A stretch of 64,000 nucleotides of DNA from Candidatus Moraniibacteriota bacterium. Its GTDB lineage: Bacteria; Patescibacteriota; Minisyncoccia; Moranbacterales; UBA1568. Under the pieces are notes generated by a model. That model ran no database searches, was not told the origin of the DNA, and saw only the letters and a list, made by a program, of their open reading frames with translations. Below are positions 9,773-20,640 of the stretch, one piece after another. The translations under genes and the position numbers were made by a program. The stretch is taken from contig JAAXXZ010000004.1 in NCBI GenBank assembly GCA_013334245.1, positions 127 through 64,126 on the forward strand, written 5' to 3'. How positions within the stretch are numbered: position 1 is the stretch's first letter; every line of letters begins with the position of its first letter.

Positions 9773-10882
9773 ATGTCTCCAATCGTTCTTATCGTGATCG
9801 TACTCGTCCTGGTCGCCGTGGCGGCCGTTTTCGTCATATCGTCTTCCAAGGAATCCCGCCGTCAGACCGCGGAAGACCGGAAATTCATGCTCGACCGGAT
9901 GGAAACGCTCGACCGTCGGTTGAGCCAGGAGATGCATCAGTTTTCCACGTCGGTATCGGGGCAGATCGGGACGCTGAATACGGCGCTCGACCGTCGGCTC
10001 GGCGAGAATACGGAACGGCTCGATTCCCGTCTCGACGGCGCGGCACGATCGTTCGCCGAGGTCCGTGCGGCGCTTGCCGAAGTGCGCGCCTCGAACAAAC
10101 AGATTCTCGAAGTGGGCAAGGAAGTCTCTTCGCTTCAGGAAATCCTACGCGCACCGAAGATGCGCGGCGGTTTCGGCGAGCTCATGCTTGGCAACCTGCT
10201 CTCGCAGATGCTTCCCAAGGAACACTTCGATCTCCAATACGGTTTCAAGAGCGGGGAGGCGGTGGATGCGGTCATCCGGCTCAAGGGCGGACTTATCAGC
10301 GTGGACTCCAAGTTCCCACTCGAGAATTTCAAGCGCATGATCGAGGCGAAAGGGGACGACGAGCGTCGTATCGCCAGGAGGCAATTCGTTTCCGACGTAA
10401 AAAAACACGCCGATTCCATCGCATCGAAATACATACTCCCGGAAGAGGGGACACTCGGGTTCGCGCTCATGTACATTCCCGCCGAAAACGTGTACTACGA
10501 GATCATCATCAAGGACGAGGACGGGACCGGATTGTCCGAATATTTCTTCGGGAAGCGGGTGATTCCCGTATCGCCGAATTCGTTCTATTCGTATCTCCAG
10601 ACGATCGCCATCGGGCTGCAGGGGATGCAGATCGAGAAGCGGGCGAAGGAGATCCTGGGACAGCTCGGCAAACTTTCGGTCGAGCATGGGAAGTTCCTCC
10701 GGGAATTCGAGGTGCTTGGCGGCCATATCGGGAGCGCGCACAAGAAATACGATGACGCGGAAAAGCGGCTCGGCAAGGTGGCCGATCAGCTCGAGCGGGT
10801 CCAAACATCGTCGGTCATCGTCGCGGAGGGAGACGAGCTGCTTCCTGCCGAGGTCGAATCCCTATCCGAACCGAACCTATGA
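9773..10882 (+). CDS. rmuC: DNA recombination protein RmuC
   Basis: N-terminal TM, a long coiled coil, and a C-terminal RmuC nuclease-like block ([13 protein letters not shown]). Confidence 0.8.
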   Translation: MSPIVLIVIVLVLVAVAAVFVISSSKESRRQTAEDRKFMLDRMETLDRRLSQEMHQFSTSVSGQIGTLNTALDRRLGENTERLDSRLDGAARSFAEVRAALAEVRASNKQILEVGKEVSSLQEILRAPKMRGGFGELMLGNLLSQMLPKEHFDLQYGFKSGEAVDAVIRLKGGLISVDSKFPLENFKRMIEAKGDDERRIARRQFVSDVKKHADSIASKYILPEEGTLGFALMYIPAENVYYEIIIKDEDGTGLSEYFFGKRVIPVSPNSFYSYLQTIAIGLQGMQIEKRAKEILGQLGKLSVEHGKFLREFEVLGGHIGSAHKKYDDAEKRLGKVADQLERVQTSSVIVAEGDELLPAEVESLSEPNL

Positions 10883-11331
10883 ATCCGATGCCGTTCCAAA
10901 GAAAAAAGGAGTATGCCGACGTTGCCCATTCCGCGAAGACGGTGGAAAACGGCGTTACGGAAGAGATTCCGGACGCGGACGAGGGAGCGACATTTTTCGG
11001 GAATCCGCTGGTCCGTTCGCTGATTGCCGCCTCGTCGGCCATCATCCTGTTCTCGTTCGCGGCGATCTACCTCTTCGTCATCCGCGGGGCGAGCGGTACG
11101 ATCGTGCTCCACTTCAACGTGTACTTCGGCGTCGATATCGTCGGGAACCCGTGGCAGGCGCTCCTTATTCCCGCCATGTCGCTCCTGTTCCTTCTTCTGA
11201 ATATCGGTCTCGCGTACCGGTTCTACGTCGTGCGCGAGCGTGTTGCGGCGCATATCCTCCTGTTCGCGGCGTTCCTCTCCGCACTTTCCGCCGGAGTGGT
11301 CACCGCGGCCCTCTCGTTCATCAATTCCTGA
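10879..11331 (+). CDS. Hypothetical membrane protein
   Basis: 4 TM segments; start overlaps the rmuC stop (ATGA). Confidence 0.4.
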   Translation: MNPMPFQRKKEYADVAHSAKTVENGVTEEIPDADEGATFFGNPLVRSLIAASSAIILFSFAAIYLFVIRGASGTIVLHFNVYFGVDIVGNPWQALLIPAMSLLFLLLNIGLAYRFYVVRERVAAHILLFAAFLSALSAGVVTAALSFINS

Positions 11332-11343
11332 CCGAAAAGCGAC

Positions 11344-13065
11344 ATGAGCAGTCCGATCACTACGGAATCAGAATATGGGGCGTTCCGTTTCCCTGATCCC
11401 CGCGACCCCGATCCCAGGAAACATCGCATCCAGCGGGCACTCGAGATCATTCCGGGGTCGCTGTCGTGGACGGTCGTTTCGGGCATCCTGCTCGCGTCAT
11501 GGCTCGCTCCGATCGCGGCGGCGGTCTTCGTCATCCTTTACGATATCTACTGGCTGTTCCTGACAGCGTACGTGACCCTTTTTTCCACGCTGTCATACCG
11601 GGATCTCCGCAGGGGGATGCGGACCAACTGGTGGGAACGGCTGGTACGTTCGCATGAAGTGGAACGGTACCGGACCGAGCTTATCGATCGCGGTGAATAT
11701 CTGAGGCGGATGTTGCGCGAGGAACGGATGACCCTGCGACAGCGAAGGCTTGTCCGACGGGAGAGGAGGGAAGTCCTTCGTCATGTCCGCGAGCTAACGG
11801 AACTCTCCGCCCGCAAGGACGAGATCATGGACCATCGGGAGATCATCCACGCGGTGCTCCTTCCTACGGCGGGCGAGGATGCGGATATCATCGAGCCGGC
11901 CATCCGCTCCATCGCCGAGTCGACGTTTCCGAAATCGCAGATCATCGTCATTCTCGCGACGGAAGAGCGCGAACCGGAATCGACCCGGTTGCCGAAGGTC
12001 GAGACGCTCCGAAAGAAGTTCGACGGCGTGTTCAGGGATTTCATCGTGACGACGCACGAAGTCGCGGAAGGGGAACTCAAGTGCAAGGCGTCGAACGCGG
12101 CATACGCCGCGAAGAAGCTCCGCACGTATCTCGACGAGCACGGCATCCCGTACGATCGGGTCATATTCTCGAACTTCGATTGCGATACCGTGGCGCATCC
12201 GGAATACTTCTCCGCACTCGCGTATTCCTATGTCACCGATCCGGACCGGCTCCGCCGGGCGTACCAGCCGTTGCCGATGTATCATAACAATCTGTGGGAC
12301 ACGAACGCGTTCGTGCGCGTCACGGTCACGGGATCGTCGTTCTGGCACATGTATCAGGGGACACGGCGCGAGATGGTCACCTTCTCGTCACACTCCGAAC
12401 CGTTCGATACGCTCGTGCGTGTCGGATATTGGCCCGTCAACATGATTTCGGAGGATTCCGTCATCTATTGGAAGGCGTTCTCGTATTTTCACGGAGACTA
12501 CAAGGTGAAACTTATCCCGCTTCCCGTGTCGCTCGATGCGGTCCTCGCGGATACGTACGTGAAGACCCTTGGAAACGCCTACAAGCAGAACCGACGGTGG
12601 GCATACGGCATCGAGAATTTCCCGGTCATGATGCGCGCGTTCTGGCCGGACAAGAAGATGCCTTTCTTCCACAAACTCCGGGTCACCGAGGAAATCCTCG
12701 AGGGGCACCTGTCGTGGGCGACCGCTCCGCTGATCCTCTCGTTCCTCGGATGGCTGCCGCTCTTTCTCGGCGGGACGGCGTTCAATGAGAGCGTCCTTGC
12801 CCATAATCTGCCGGTCGTCACGCGGACGCTCATGACGCTTTCCATGGGAGGATTGGTCACGCTCGTCTTCCTCTCGTTCCTGATGCTTCCGAAACGTCCG
12901 AAGCGATACGGCCGCTGGCGGACCGTGTTCATGTTCGCGCAGTGGTTCCTGGCACCGTTCGTGGCGCTTCTTATGGCGACTCCGGCGCTCGACGCTCAGA
13001 CACGTATCCTGACGAAGAACTATTTCGGCGAATTCTGGGTCACCGCGAAGGTGAGACGGAAGTGA
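11344..13065 (+). CDS. Family-2-like membrane glycosyltransferase (cellulose-synthase-like architecture)
   Basis: N-terminal TM, a cytoplasmic domain with an FDCD (DxD) motif, and C-terminal TM bundle. Confidence 0.55.
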   Translation: MSSPITTESEYGAFRFPDPRDPDPRKHRIQRALEIIPGSLSWTVVSGILLASWLAPIAAAVFVILYDIYWLFLTAYVTLFSTLSYRDLRRGMRTNWWERLVRSHEVERYRTELIDRGEYLRRMLREERMTLRQRRLVRRERREVLRHVRELTELSARKDEIMDHREIIHAVLLPTAGEDADIIEPAIRSIAESTFPKSQIIVILATEEREPESTRLPKVETLRKKFDGVFRDFIVTTHEVAEGELKCKASNAAYAAKKLRTYLDEHGIPYDRVIFSNFDCDTVAHPEYFSALAYSYVTDPDRLRRAYQPLPMYHNNLWDTNAFVRVTVTGSSFWHMYQGTRREMVTFSSHSEPFDTLVRVGYWPVNMISEDSVIYWKAFSYFHGDYKVKLIPLPVSLDAVLADTYVKTLGNAYKQNRRWAYGIENFPVMMRAFWPDKKMPFFHKLRVTEEILEGHLSWATAPLILSFLGWLPLFLGGTAFNESVLAHNLPVVTRTLMTLSMGGLVTLVFLSFLMLPKRPKRYGRWRTVFMFAQWFLAPFVALLMATPALDAQTRILTKNYFGEFWVTAKVRRK

Positions 13066-13101
13066 TTCGGGGTTCGGCCTCCACGAAATCGCGAAACACG
13101 T

Positions 13102-14118
13102 ATGTCCGAGCAATTTCTCTTTCCGTTTCTGATCGCCTTTATTCTGTCTGTCCTGCTGCTGTCGGTCGTTCCTGCGCTTTCGAGGCGTTTCGCCGGCGAG
13201 AGGAACGAGCGTGACCGGACGCACAAGACGATGCCGCGGCTCGGCGGTGTGGCGCTCATCGCCGCGTTTCTTGTCGCCGTTCTTTTGAATGCGGACCTCG
13301 CGTCTTCCGGACCACTGTTCGGTTTGGTGGCGGGTTCCTGTCTTATTCTTCTTATCGGTACCTTGGATGACGTTTTTCCTCTCTCTTGGGAGCCGCAGCT
13401 CCTGTTCCAGGTCGTGCTTGCCGGCATCATTTTTTTCTCCGGTATGCGGGCATGGGTCCTGACGAACCCCTTCGGAAGCTCCTGGTTTCTTCATCCCGAA
13501 ACGTCTCTATTTCCGAGTCTTTTCGTCGGTATCCTTTTTACGCTGCTCATCGTCAATGCGATGAATTGGGTCGACGGCGTGGATGGTCTCCTGGGAGGGG
13601 TTTCTTTTTCGGCATTTGTCACGCTCTTTTTCGTCAGTCTCCGGCCCGAGGTGGGTCAGCCGACGATCGCCATCCTGGCGTCCATATTCGCCGGACTCTC
13701 ACTCGGCTTTCTCATATATAATGTTCCTCCGGCACGATTATTGGCTGGAACGTCCGGGTCCTATTTTCTCGGGTTCGGCGTAACCGCTCTCGCTCTTTTT
13801 TCCGGAGCGAAAATAGCCACAACTCTGTTGGTACTTTCGGTTCCCGTTCTGGATGCTTGTTTCGTGATCGTTGCCCGTATCCGGGCTGGGTATTCTCCGT
13901 TTCGCGGTGGGGATGAGCGGCACCTGCATGACCGGCTTCGGAACGCCGGATGGTCCGATCGGGCCATCATGATGTTTTTCACGCTCATTTCCGTCCTTTC
14001 GGGCGTCGCAGCGCTCGTTTTGCCGGCCACGGGGAAAGCGTTCTTTCTCCTCGCACTCGTGGCGGGATTCGTATTCCTCGTGTCCGGTCTCGGAAACGTG
14101 ACAAAAAAGGAGATATGA
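13102..14118 (+). CDS. MraY/WecA-family polyprenol-phosphate sugar-1-phosphate transferase
   Basis: Hallmark NAMNWVDGVDGL motif; about 10 TM segments. Confidence 0.8.
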   Translation: MSEQFLFPFLIAFILSVLLLSVVPALSRRFAGERNERDRTHKTMPRLGGVALIAAFLVAVLLNADLASSGPLFGLVAGSCLILLIGTLDDVFPLSWEPQLLFQVVLAGIIFFSGMRAWVLTNPFGSSWFLHPETSLFPSLFVGILFTLLIVNAMNWVDGVDGLLGGVSFSAFVTLFFVSLRPEVGQPTIAILASIFAGLSLGFLIYNVPPARLLAGTSGSYFLGFGVTALALFSGAKIATTLLVLSVPVLDACFVIVARIRAGYSPFRGGDERHLHDRLRNAGWSDRAIMMFFTLISVLSGVAALVLPATGKAFFLLALVAGFVFLVSGLGNVTKKEI

Positions 14119-14603
14119 TACAGATCGATCAAAAGGCACTCCGTCTCTACGCGCTTGTCATGCTACCGGTCGCGATCGCCGCGGCGTGGTTCGTGTTCCG
14201 ATCGGACCGCACATCGACGGCGGGGATGGTCCGCGTTCCGACCGGAAAAGTGAGCGTGATGGTCAATGGCCGTGAGTTTTCGGCCGAGGTCGCGGACACG
14301 CCGTCATCGCGGGAACTCGGACTCGGTGGTCGCGACTCGCTCTGTGCTTCGTGCGCGATGCTATTCCGATTCGATACGCCCGGGAACTATGGCTTCTGGA
14401 TGAAAGGGATGCGTTTCCCGCTGGACCTCGTCTGGATCCGCGAGGGGATAGTCGTCCATGTGGAGCAAAACGTCTCTGCGGACTCGATCCGGACCATGTA
14501 TCCCGGCACGGATGCGACCGAAGTGCTCGAGACGAACGCTGACGCGTTGTCCGGTGTCCTTGTCGGGGATCGCATCGAAGTAGGCGCCGCTTCCGAACGG
14601 TAG
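14115..14603 (+). CDS. DUF192-family protein
   Basis: Signal/TM N-terminus; FPLDLVWI motif typical of DUF192; start trimmed to ATG 14115 after the MraY-like stop. Confidence 0.5.
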   Translation: MIQIDQKALRLYALVMLPVAIAAAWFVFRSDRTSTAGMVRVPTGKVSVMVNGREFSAEVADTPSSRELGLGGRDSLCASCAMLFRFDTPGNYGFWMKGMRFPLDLVWIREGIVVHVEQNVSADSIRTMYPGTDATEVLETNADALSGVLVGDRIEVGAASER

Positions 14604-14715
14604 AAAAACCGTCTGGAAGATGACGTATGAACGCCAAAAACAGACGACGACCCGGTCAGTCGCGGTCGTCGTTCTATGACGGCTCAGGGTGTTCGGATTC
14701 CGAGCCGCGACGCGG

Positions 14716-16233
14716 TCACTTCTTTTCCTTCTCTTTCTCCTCTTCTTCCCGTATGGTCCGGCGGATCTTGGACTTGGCGGTCGAGGTCTTCACGAAGCGG
14801 AGCCAGTCCGCGTTCGGCTTCTTTCGGTCCTTGGCAACGAGGATCTCGACGACCTGACCGTTCTTTATGACGGAATCGAGCGAGGACATCTTGCCGTCGA
14901 TCTTCGCCCCGACGGCGTGCTCGCCGACCTCGGTATGGATCGCGTAGGCGAAGTCGATCGGAGTCGCCTCTTCGGGAAGCTCGATGATGTCGCCCTTCGG
15001 GGTGAAGGCGAAGATATGATTTTTGAAGAATTCGATCTTGAGTCCGGAAAGAAATTCCGCGTCGTCGCGACCGACCTCCTTCTGCCATTCCTTGAGCTGC
15101 GCGACCCATGCGACTTCCTTGGGTTTTGCGGCGGGCGTCGGTTTTCTCCCGAAGACGAACGAACGCCATCCGCCGCGTTCCTTCTCGGTATAGACCCAGT
15201 GCGCGGCGATGCCGTATTCCGCCTCGTCGTGCATTTTCGGCGTCCGTATCTGAAGTTCGAAGATCCTTCCCTCGGGGCCGAAAACGGTGGTGTGGAGCGA
15301 CTGGTACCCGTTCGGTTTCGGAAGCGAGATGTAATCCTTGATGCGGCCGACGAGCGGTCGGTACCGTTTGTGGATGGCGCCGAGCGTCTCGTAGCAGTCG
15401 ACGATTTCGGGAACGATGATCCGTACGGCGACGAGGTCGTACACCCGGCCAATTTCCATGTCGTGTTTTTGCAGCTTCCGGAAGAGACGGTAGAGGTGTT
15501 TGGTCCGTCCGTCGATGTCGACGATCTTGATGCCGTCGCCGCCGAGTTCCTTGCGGAGCAGTTTTATGACGCGCTCGAGATAGGTTTTTCCTTCCCGCAC
15601 GTAGGTCTCCTCGATCTGCCGCATTTCCTCGTAGTGTTCCGGGTCGAGATACTTGAAGGAAAGGTCCTCGAGTTCGCCCTTGATCTCGCTGATACCGAGA
15701 CGGTTCGCGATTTGGGCATAGATTTCCATCGTTTCTCGGGCGATCCGCTGCTGTTTTTCCGGCGGAAGGGCGTCGAGCGTGCGCATGTTGTGGAGCCGGT
15801 CGGCCAGCTTAATGATGACGACGCGGATATCGGCGGCCATCGCGAGGAACATTTTCCGAAGATTCTCCAGGAAGTATTCCTCGTGCGAACCGCGGAGCTT
15901 GATCCGACCGAGCTTGGTGATGCCGTCTACGAGCGATTCGACTTCCGAACCGAACCGCTTCCCGACCTCGGCAAGGGTGTGTTCCGTGTCTTCTGGGACG
16001 TCGTGCAACAGGCCGGCGGCGAGGGTTTCCTTGTCCATGCCGATTTCGGCGAGGATTTTCGTGACCGCGATCGAGTGCGTCACGTAGGGCTCGCCGGATT
16101 TCCGGTTCTGCCCCTCATGCGCTTTCAGGGCGAATGCGAATGCGTCCTCGATGAACCGCCGTTCCTCGGCCGAGAACGGGCGACGGGATGATTTGAGGAT
16201 ATCGTCGAGGGTGGCGATGTCAGGATTGCTCAT
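14716..16233 (-). CDS. (p)ppGpp synthetase/hydrolase, RelA/SpoT family (short, lacks C-terminal regulatory domains)
   Basis: HD hydrolase domain (HDVPED) plus the RelA/SpoT nucleotidyltransferase domain (GRIKDYIS...YQSLHTTV). Confidence 0.85.
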   Translation of the reverse strand: MSNPDIATLDDILKSSRRPFSAEERRFIEDAFAFALKAHEGQNRKSGEPYVTHSIAVTKILAEIGMDKETLAAGLLHDVPEDTEHTLAEVGKRFGSEVESLVDGITKLGRIKLRGSHEEYFLENLRKMFLAMAADIRVVIIKLADRLHNMRTLDALPPEKQQRIARETMEIYAQIANRLGISEIKGELEDLSFKYLDPEHYEEMRQIEETYVREGKTYLERVIKLLRKELGGDGIKIVDIDGRTKHLYRLFRKLQKHDMEIGRVYDLVAVRIIVPEIVDCYETLGAIHKRYRPLVGRIKDYISLPKPNGYQSLHTTVFGPEGRIFELQIRTPKMHDEAEYGIAAHWVYTEKERGGWRSFVFGRKPTPAAKPKEVAWVAQLKEWQKEVGRDDAEFLSGLKIEFFKNHIFAFTPKGDIIELPEEATPIDFAYAIHTEVGEHAVGAKIDGKMSSLDSVIKNGQVVEILVAKDRKKPNADWLRFVKTSTAKSKIRRTIREEEEKEKEKK

Positions 16234-16380
16234 AGAAGCGTTGATTCGGGGTCTGCCTTCCCATTTAATGCCCAAAGAGGTTTTTGGGCAAGTTTCGGTA
16301 TTTTATGGCCGTTTCCACTTGATTTATTTCCGGAAGAAGAGTATCATCCTCGATTATGTTCAGTATTAACCGAACGGCAT

Positions 16381-17799
16381 ATGCAGATGACGAAGAAGAC
16401 GAAAATCGTGGCGACCATCGGCCCCGTCACGACCAGCGAGGCCATGCTGACGAAGCTCGTGAAGTCGGGACTCAACGTGATGCGACTCAACTTCTCGCAC
16501 GGTGATTTCGCCGAGCATCAGGAGAAGGTCGATAATCTTCGAAAAGTCACGGAGAAGCTTGGGACGCCCGTCGCGATCCTGCAGGACCTGTCGGGGCCCA
16601 AGATCCGCATCGGCGAATTCTACAAGGAGCGCGTGATACTGAAGGAGGGGGACGAGTTCGTCCTCACCACGGAGAAGTGTATCGGCGACGAGCATCGGGC
16701 GTCCATCAACTATCCGAAACTCCCGCAGGAGATAAAGCCGGGTGCGTTCATCATGGTGGACGACGGCAAGAAGAAACTCGAGGTGCTCTCGATCAAGGGA
16801 AACGAGATCAAGACGAAGATCATTGTCGGTGGCGAGACGAAGGGGCGCCGCGGCGTGAACCTGCCGGGTACCGACCTCTCCATAAGCTCGCTTACCGCGA
16901 AGGACCGGAAGGATATCGAGTTCGGCGTGAGGAACCAGGTGGACTTCGTGGCGCTCTCGTTCGTGCGGCGTGCGGGTGACGTTCATGAGCTTCGCCGGAT
17001 CCTCGAAAAGAAGGGTCTTCCGGCGCAGATCATCGTGAAGATCGAGACGACACAGGCGATCGACAATCTCGAGGAGATCATCCGGGCGACCGACGCGGTC
17101 ATGGTGGCGCGCGGCGACCTCGCGGTGGAAGTGCCGATGGAACAGGTACCACTTCTCCAGAAGCGGATGGTGCAGATGGCGCGCGAGCTCGGCAAACCGG
17201 TCATCGTCGCGACGCAGATGCTCGAATCCATGATCAATGCCCCGGTGCCGACGCGTGCCGAGGTGAACGATATCGCGAACGCGATCCTCGACGGGGCCGA
17301 TGCCGTAATGCTTTCCGAGGAGACCACGCTTGGGAAGTTCCCGCTCGAGGCGGTTTCCACGATGGCGAAGATCGCCGCGGAAGTGGAGGAGGCGCCGTAT
17401 ACCCGTCCGGTCATCAACGGCGACGAGCTCGGCCTCGATTCGATCGCGGAATCCGTCTCCGAGGCGGTGGAGTCGGTCGCGTACTCTGTAGATGCGGCGG
17501 CGATCGTCGCGTTGTCCGAGTCCGGATTCACCATGCGGGCCATTTCCCGCTATCGTCCCGATCAGCCGATCATCGTTCTGACGCCGAACGAGCGGACGGT
17601 TCGCCGCGCCTGTCTTTCGTACGGGTGCTACGGATACCATGTGGATTCCTTCAAGGAGATCGCACAGGCGGTCGCCGAGGCGTCTTCTCTTCTCAAGAAG
17701 GAGAAAGTCGCGAAGAAGGGTGACCGGTTCGTCGTTTGTGGCGGCGCTCCGCTCGGCAAGGGCGGTGAGACGAACTTCCTCATGGTGAGGACGGCGTAA
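16381..17799 (+). CDS. pyk: Pyruvate kinase
   Basis: KIVATIGP, MVARGDLAVE and full PK barrel/C-domain; upstream TTGATT-17-TATCAT at about 16318-16346. Confidence 0.9.
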   Translation: MQMTKKTKIVATIGPVTTSEAMLTKLVKSGLNVMRLNFSHGDFAEHQEKVDNLRKVTEKLGTPVAILQDLSGPKIRIGEFYKERVILKEGDEFVLTTEKCIGDEHRASINYPKLPQEIKPGAFIMVDDGKKKLEVLSIKGNEIKTKIIVGGETKGRRGVNLPGTDLSISSLTAKDRKDIEFGVRNQVDFVALSFVRRAGDVHELRRILEKKGLPAQIIVKIETTQAIDNLEEIIRATDAVMVARGDLAVEVPMEQVPLLQKRMVQMARELGKPVIVATQMLESMINAPVPTRAEVNDIANAILDGADAVMLSEETTLGKFPLEAVSTMAKIAAEVEEAPYTRPVINGDELGLDSIAESVSEAVESVAYSVDAAAIVALSESGFTMRAISRYRPDQPIIVLTPNERTVRRACLSYGCYGYHVDSFKEIAQAVAEASSLLKKEKVAKKGDRFVVCGGAPLGKGGETNFLMVRTA

Positions 17800-17837
17800 A
17801 CGCGGAGTCATAAGTCGAAAACCTGAAAGCCGAACAG

Positions 17838-17864
17838 AAAGACGCCCCATAGGGGGCGTCTTTT
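17838..17864 (+). terminator. Rho-independent terminator after pyk
   Basis: AAAGACGCCCCATAGGGGGCGTCTTTT. Confidence 0.55.
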
Positions 17865-17997
17865 CGAATCCTTCGATTTTTCTGAGCCGTGTTTTTAGAT
17901 GAAATCGATAAAATATAACATAAACGGCTTATAATAGACATTATATTCGGATGAAATGTGATTCGTGAATTCGAAAAAACATGTCACGTCCGTCAGA

Positions 17998-18026
17998 TTG
18001 ACAGATACAGTTTCTCATGCTATAAT
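17998..18026 (+). promoter_or_regulatory. Consensus sigma70-type promoter (TTGACA-17-TATAAT)
   Basis: Perfect hexamers with a 17-nt spacer in an AT-rich intergenic region, about 50 nt upstream of small ORF 18077. Confidence 0.45.
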
Positions 18027-18076
18027 ATAAGTAGAGAATTTGTTCAATTTAAAAGAATCCAAGAAGGGGGGGTCAC

Positions 18077-18295
18077 GTGGACATATGGACAGAGGCAATC
18101 GACCTCATAGTGGCACATCCGTTTTATTCCGTAGCGGCGTTCATTTTCGCGCTGTGCTGCATAGGAAGCGGCACCAGGATCTTGCGGAGCGTTGTGTTCG
18201 TGGCGGGACTCGCTATCGTCTATGTCGCCGCCCGGCACTTCCTTGCGGAAGTCGACGCCGTATTCGCACCTGTTCGTGAGGTGCTTGCGAGGTAG
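18077..18295 (+). CDS. Small hydrophobic protein (72 aa, 2 TM)
   Basis: Own consensus promoter upstream and a terminator hairpin (AGAGAGCG...GCTCTCTTTTTT) at 18301-18336. Confidence 0.4.
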   Translation: MDIWTEAIDLIVAHPFYSVAAFIFALCCIGSGTRILRSVVFVAGLAIVYVAARHFLAEVDAVFAPVREVLAR

Positions 18296-18363
18296 TAACG
18301 GAAAAGAGAGCGTCTGAACCCAGTGCTCTCTTTTTTGATTTTCGGATATATTTTGGGGAAGCG

Positions 18364-20517
18364 TCATTTCAGCTTGTGCGGGTTGTGGTTCGGACAGGTC
18401 TTGTCCGAACAGCGGTCGGGGATGGTCTTGGTTCCCTGCATCATGAGCGCGCCGCACGTCGGGCAGAGGCTTCCTGTCGGCTTGGCCTTGATGGCGTTCT
18501 TGCAGTCGGGGTAGTTGGAGCAGGAATAGAACGTGCCGAAGCGGCCGCGTTTCTCGACCATCTCTCCCTTGCCGCACTTCGGGCATTTCACGCCGGTGCC
18601 GCTTTGTTGTCCCGCATCCTTCTTGATGTATTTGCACTTCGGATATTTCGAACAGGAAACGAACTTGCCGTAGCGTCCCTCGCGCTCCACGAGCGGACTT
18701 CCGCAATCCGGGCACGGTTCGCCGGTCTCCTTCGGTCCCTCGATCTCGCGGCCTTCCATGGTGAGCGCGCCGGTGCAGTCCGGGAATTTCGAACAGGAGA
18801 GGAACTTCCCGGATCGGCCGAGCTTGATGACCATGGATGATCCGCATTTCGGACATTTATGTGTCTCGTCGGCTTCGCCGAGGTTCGTCGCCTTGCCGGT
18901 GGCTTTGTCTTTCGCCTTCACTTCCTTGCTGAACGGACCGTAGAAATCCGACAGGGTTTTCACGTACTCGCGCTTCCCGTCGGCGATCTCGTCGAGCTCG
19001 TTTTCCATTTCCGCGGTCAGCGTGTCGGAAACGACGTCCGGAAAGTGCTCGGAAAGGAATCCGTCCACGACTTCTCCGGTCTCGGTCGCCTTGAGGGACC
19101 GACCTTCCTTTTCGACATACTGGCGGTCAAGCAGCGTCTTGATGATGGACGCGTAGGTGGACGGGCGTCCGAGTCCGCGCTTTTCGAGTTCCTTCACGAG
19201 TCCGGCTTCGGAATAGCGCTTCGGCGGTTCGGTCTCCTTTTTTTCGTCCCGGATGTCACGAAGCGTGAGCGGTTTGCCTGGAACAAGCTTCGGAAGCTCG
19301 ATGTCGTCCTTTCTCGCGTCGGGATCCGCCTCCAACCAGCCCGCGGTCGTGAGGCGGGATCCGGTGACCGAGAAATCCGGAAGTGCGCGGTCGGTCGTAT
19401 TCGCGGAAACCTTGGTACGCAGTAGTTCGGCTGGAATCATCTGCGAGGCGAGGGTGCGGGTGCGGATCAGTCGATACAGCCTCAGCTGGTCGTCCGGAAG
19501 CTTCGGGAGCTTGCCGAAGGATGTGGGTCGGATCGCCTCGTGCGCTTCCTGGGCATTCTTGGACTTGGTCTTGAAGCGGCGTATCTGGACGGCCCGTTCG
19601 CCGTATGCGGATTTCACCGCGGCCGCGGCGTGTCCGATCGCTTCCTCGGAAAGGGAAACGCTATCGGTACGCATGTAGGTGATGTGTCCCGCCTCGTAGA
19701 GCCGCTGCGCGAGGCGCATGGTGTTGCTCGGCGAGAAGCCGAGACGCGAGCTCGCCGTCTGTTGCAGGGTCGAGGTAGTGAAGGGCGGCAGGGGATTCCG
19801 GACGACCTCGGTTTCTTTTACTTCGACGACCTCCCATTTCTTGGAACGGGCAAGGGAGAGGATTTCCTCGGTTCGTTTTTCCTCTCGGGGTTCTTCCGAA
19901 CAGAGCAGTTCGAGCACGTCCTTCTTTCCCGTTTCGAACGTTCCGGAAAGCCTCCAGAAGGTTTCGGGGATGAACGCGGCTATTTCCCGCTCCCGCTCGG
20001 CGATGATGTGCAGCGCCGGGGATTGGACCCTGCCGGCCGAAAGCCCGTATCGGACCTTCTTCCAAATAAGTCCCGAAAGGTCATAGCCGACAAGCCGGTC
20101 CAGGACGCGGCGTGCTTCCTGCGCGCGACGAAGGTTCTCGTCGAGCTCCCGTGGTTCCTTGAGCGCGGCGCGGATACCGTTCTCCGTGATCTCGTGAAAC
20201 AGGACGCGCTTCGGCTTCTTCAGGTCGCATGCTTCCACGAGGTGCCAGGCAATGGCTTCACCCTCGCGGTCGGGGTCGGTGGCGAGCAGGATTTCCGAAT
20301 TCCGTTTCGCGAGACTCTTTATGCTGCTGATGATCTTTTCCTTCCCGGGAATCGTCTGATATTTCGCGACGAAACCGCCCGCGATATCGATGGCGTTCTT
20401 GTTCGACTTCGGCAGATCACGCACGTGTCCGACCGAAGCGACGACGGTATAGTCTTTGCCAAGATACTTTCCGATGGTCTTGGCTTTCGAAGGGGACTCG
20501 ACGATGAGGAGGGGCAT
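18364..20517 (-). CDS. topA: DNA topoisomerase I
   Basis: MPLLIVESPSKAKTI Toprim start, active-site region, C-terminal run of CxxC zinc ribbons. Confidence 0.95.
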   Translation of the reverse strand: MPLLIVESPSKAKTIGKYLGKDYTVVASVGHVRDLPKSNKNAIDIAGGFVAKYQTIPGKEKIISSIKSLAKRNSEILLATDPDREGEAIAWHLVEACDLKKPKRVLFHEITENGIRAALKEPRELDENLRRAQEARRVLDRLVGYDLSGLIWKKVRYGLSAGRVQSPALHIIAEREREIAAFIPETFWRLSGTFETGKKDVLELLCSEEPREEKRTEEILSLARSKKWEVVEVKETEVVRNPLPPFTTSTLQQTASSRLGFSPSNTMRLAQRLYEAGHITYMRTDSVSLSEEAIGHAAAAVKSAYGERAVQIRRFKTKSKNAQEAHEAIRPTSFGKLPKLPDDQLRLYRLIRTRTLASQMIPAELLRTKVSANTTDRALPDFSVTGSRLTTAGWLEADPDARKDDIELPKLVPGKPLTLRDIRDEKKETEPPKRYSEAGLVKELEKRGLGRPSTYASIIKTLLDRQYVEKEGRSLKATETGEVVDGFLSEHFPDVVSDTLTAEMENELDEIADGKREYVKTLSDFYGPFSKEVKAKDKATGKATNLGEADETHKCPKCGSSMVIKLGRSGKFLSCSKFPDCTGALTMEGREIEGPKETGEPCPDCGSPLVEREGRYGKFVSCSKYPKCKYIKKDAGQQSGTGVKCPKCGKGEMVEKRGRFGTFYSCSNYPDCKNAIKAKPTGSLCPTCGALMMQGTKTIPDRCSDKTCPNHNPHKLK

Positions 20518-20520
20518 GAT

Positions 20521-20640
20521 TCACGAACTTATAACTTACAACTGACAACTTACAACAATCCCATCCCCATGACAAATCATGATCAGAATCCGGTGTGAGT
20601 TGTGAGTTATTAGTTGATGGTTGTTAGTTAGCTTCGGATG
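20521..20640. repeat. AT-rich imperfect palindromic repeat element built from GTTGT(A/G)AGTT / AACTTACAAC units
   Basis: AACTTACAACTGACAACTTACAAC is followed by its approximate reverse complement GTGAGTTGTGAGTT...; it is one of three similar loci. Confidence 0.5.
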
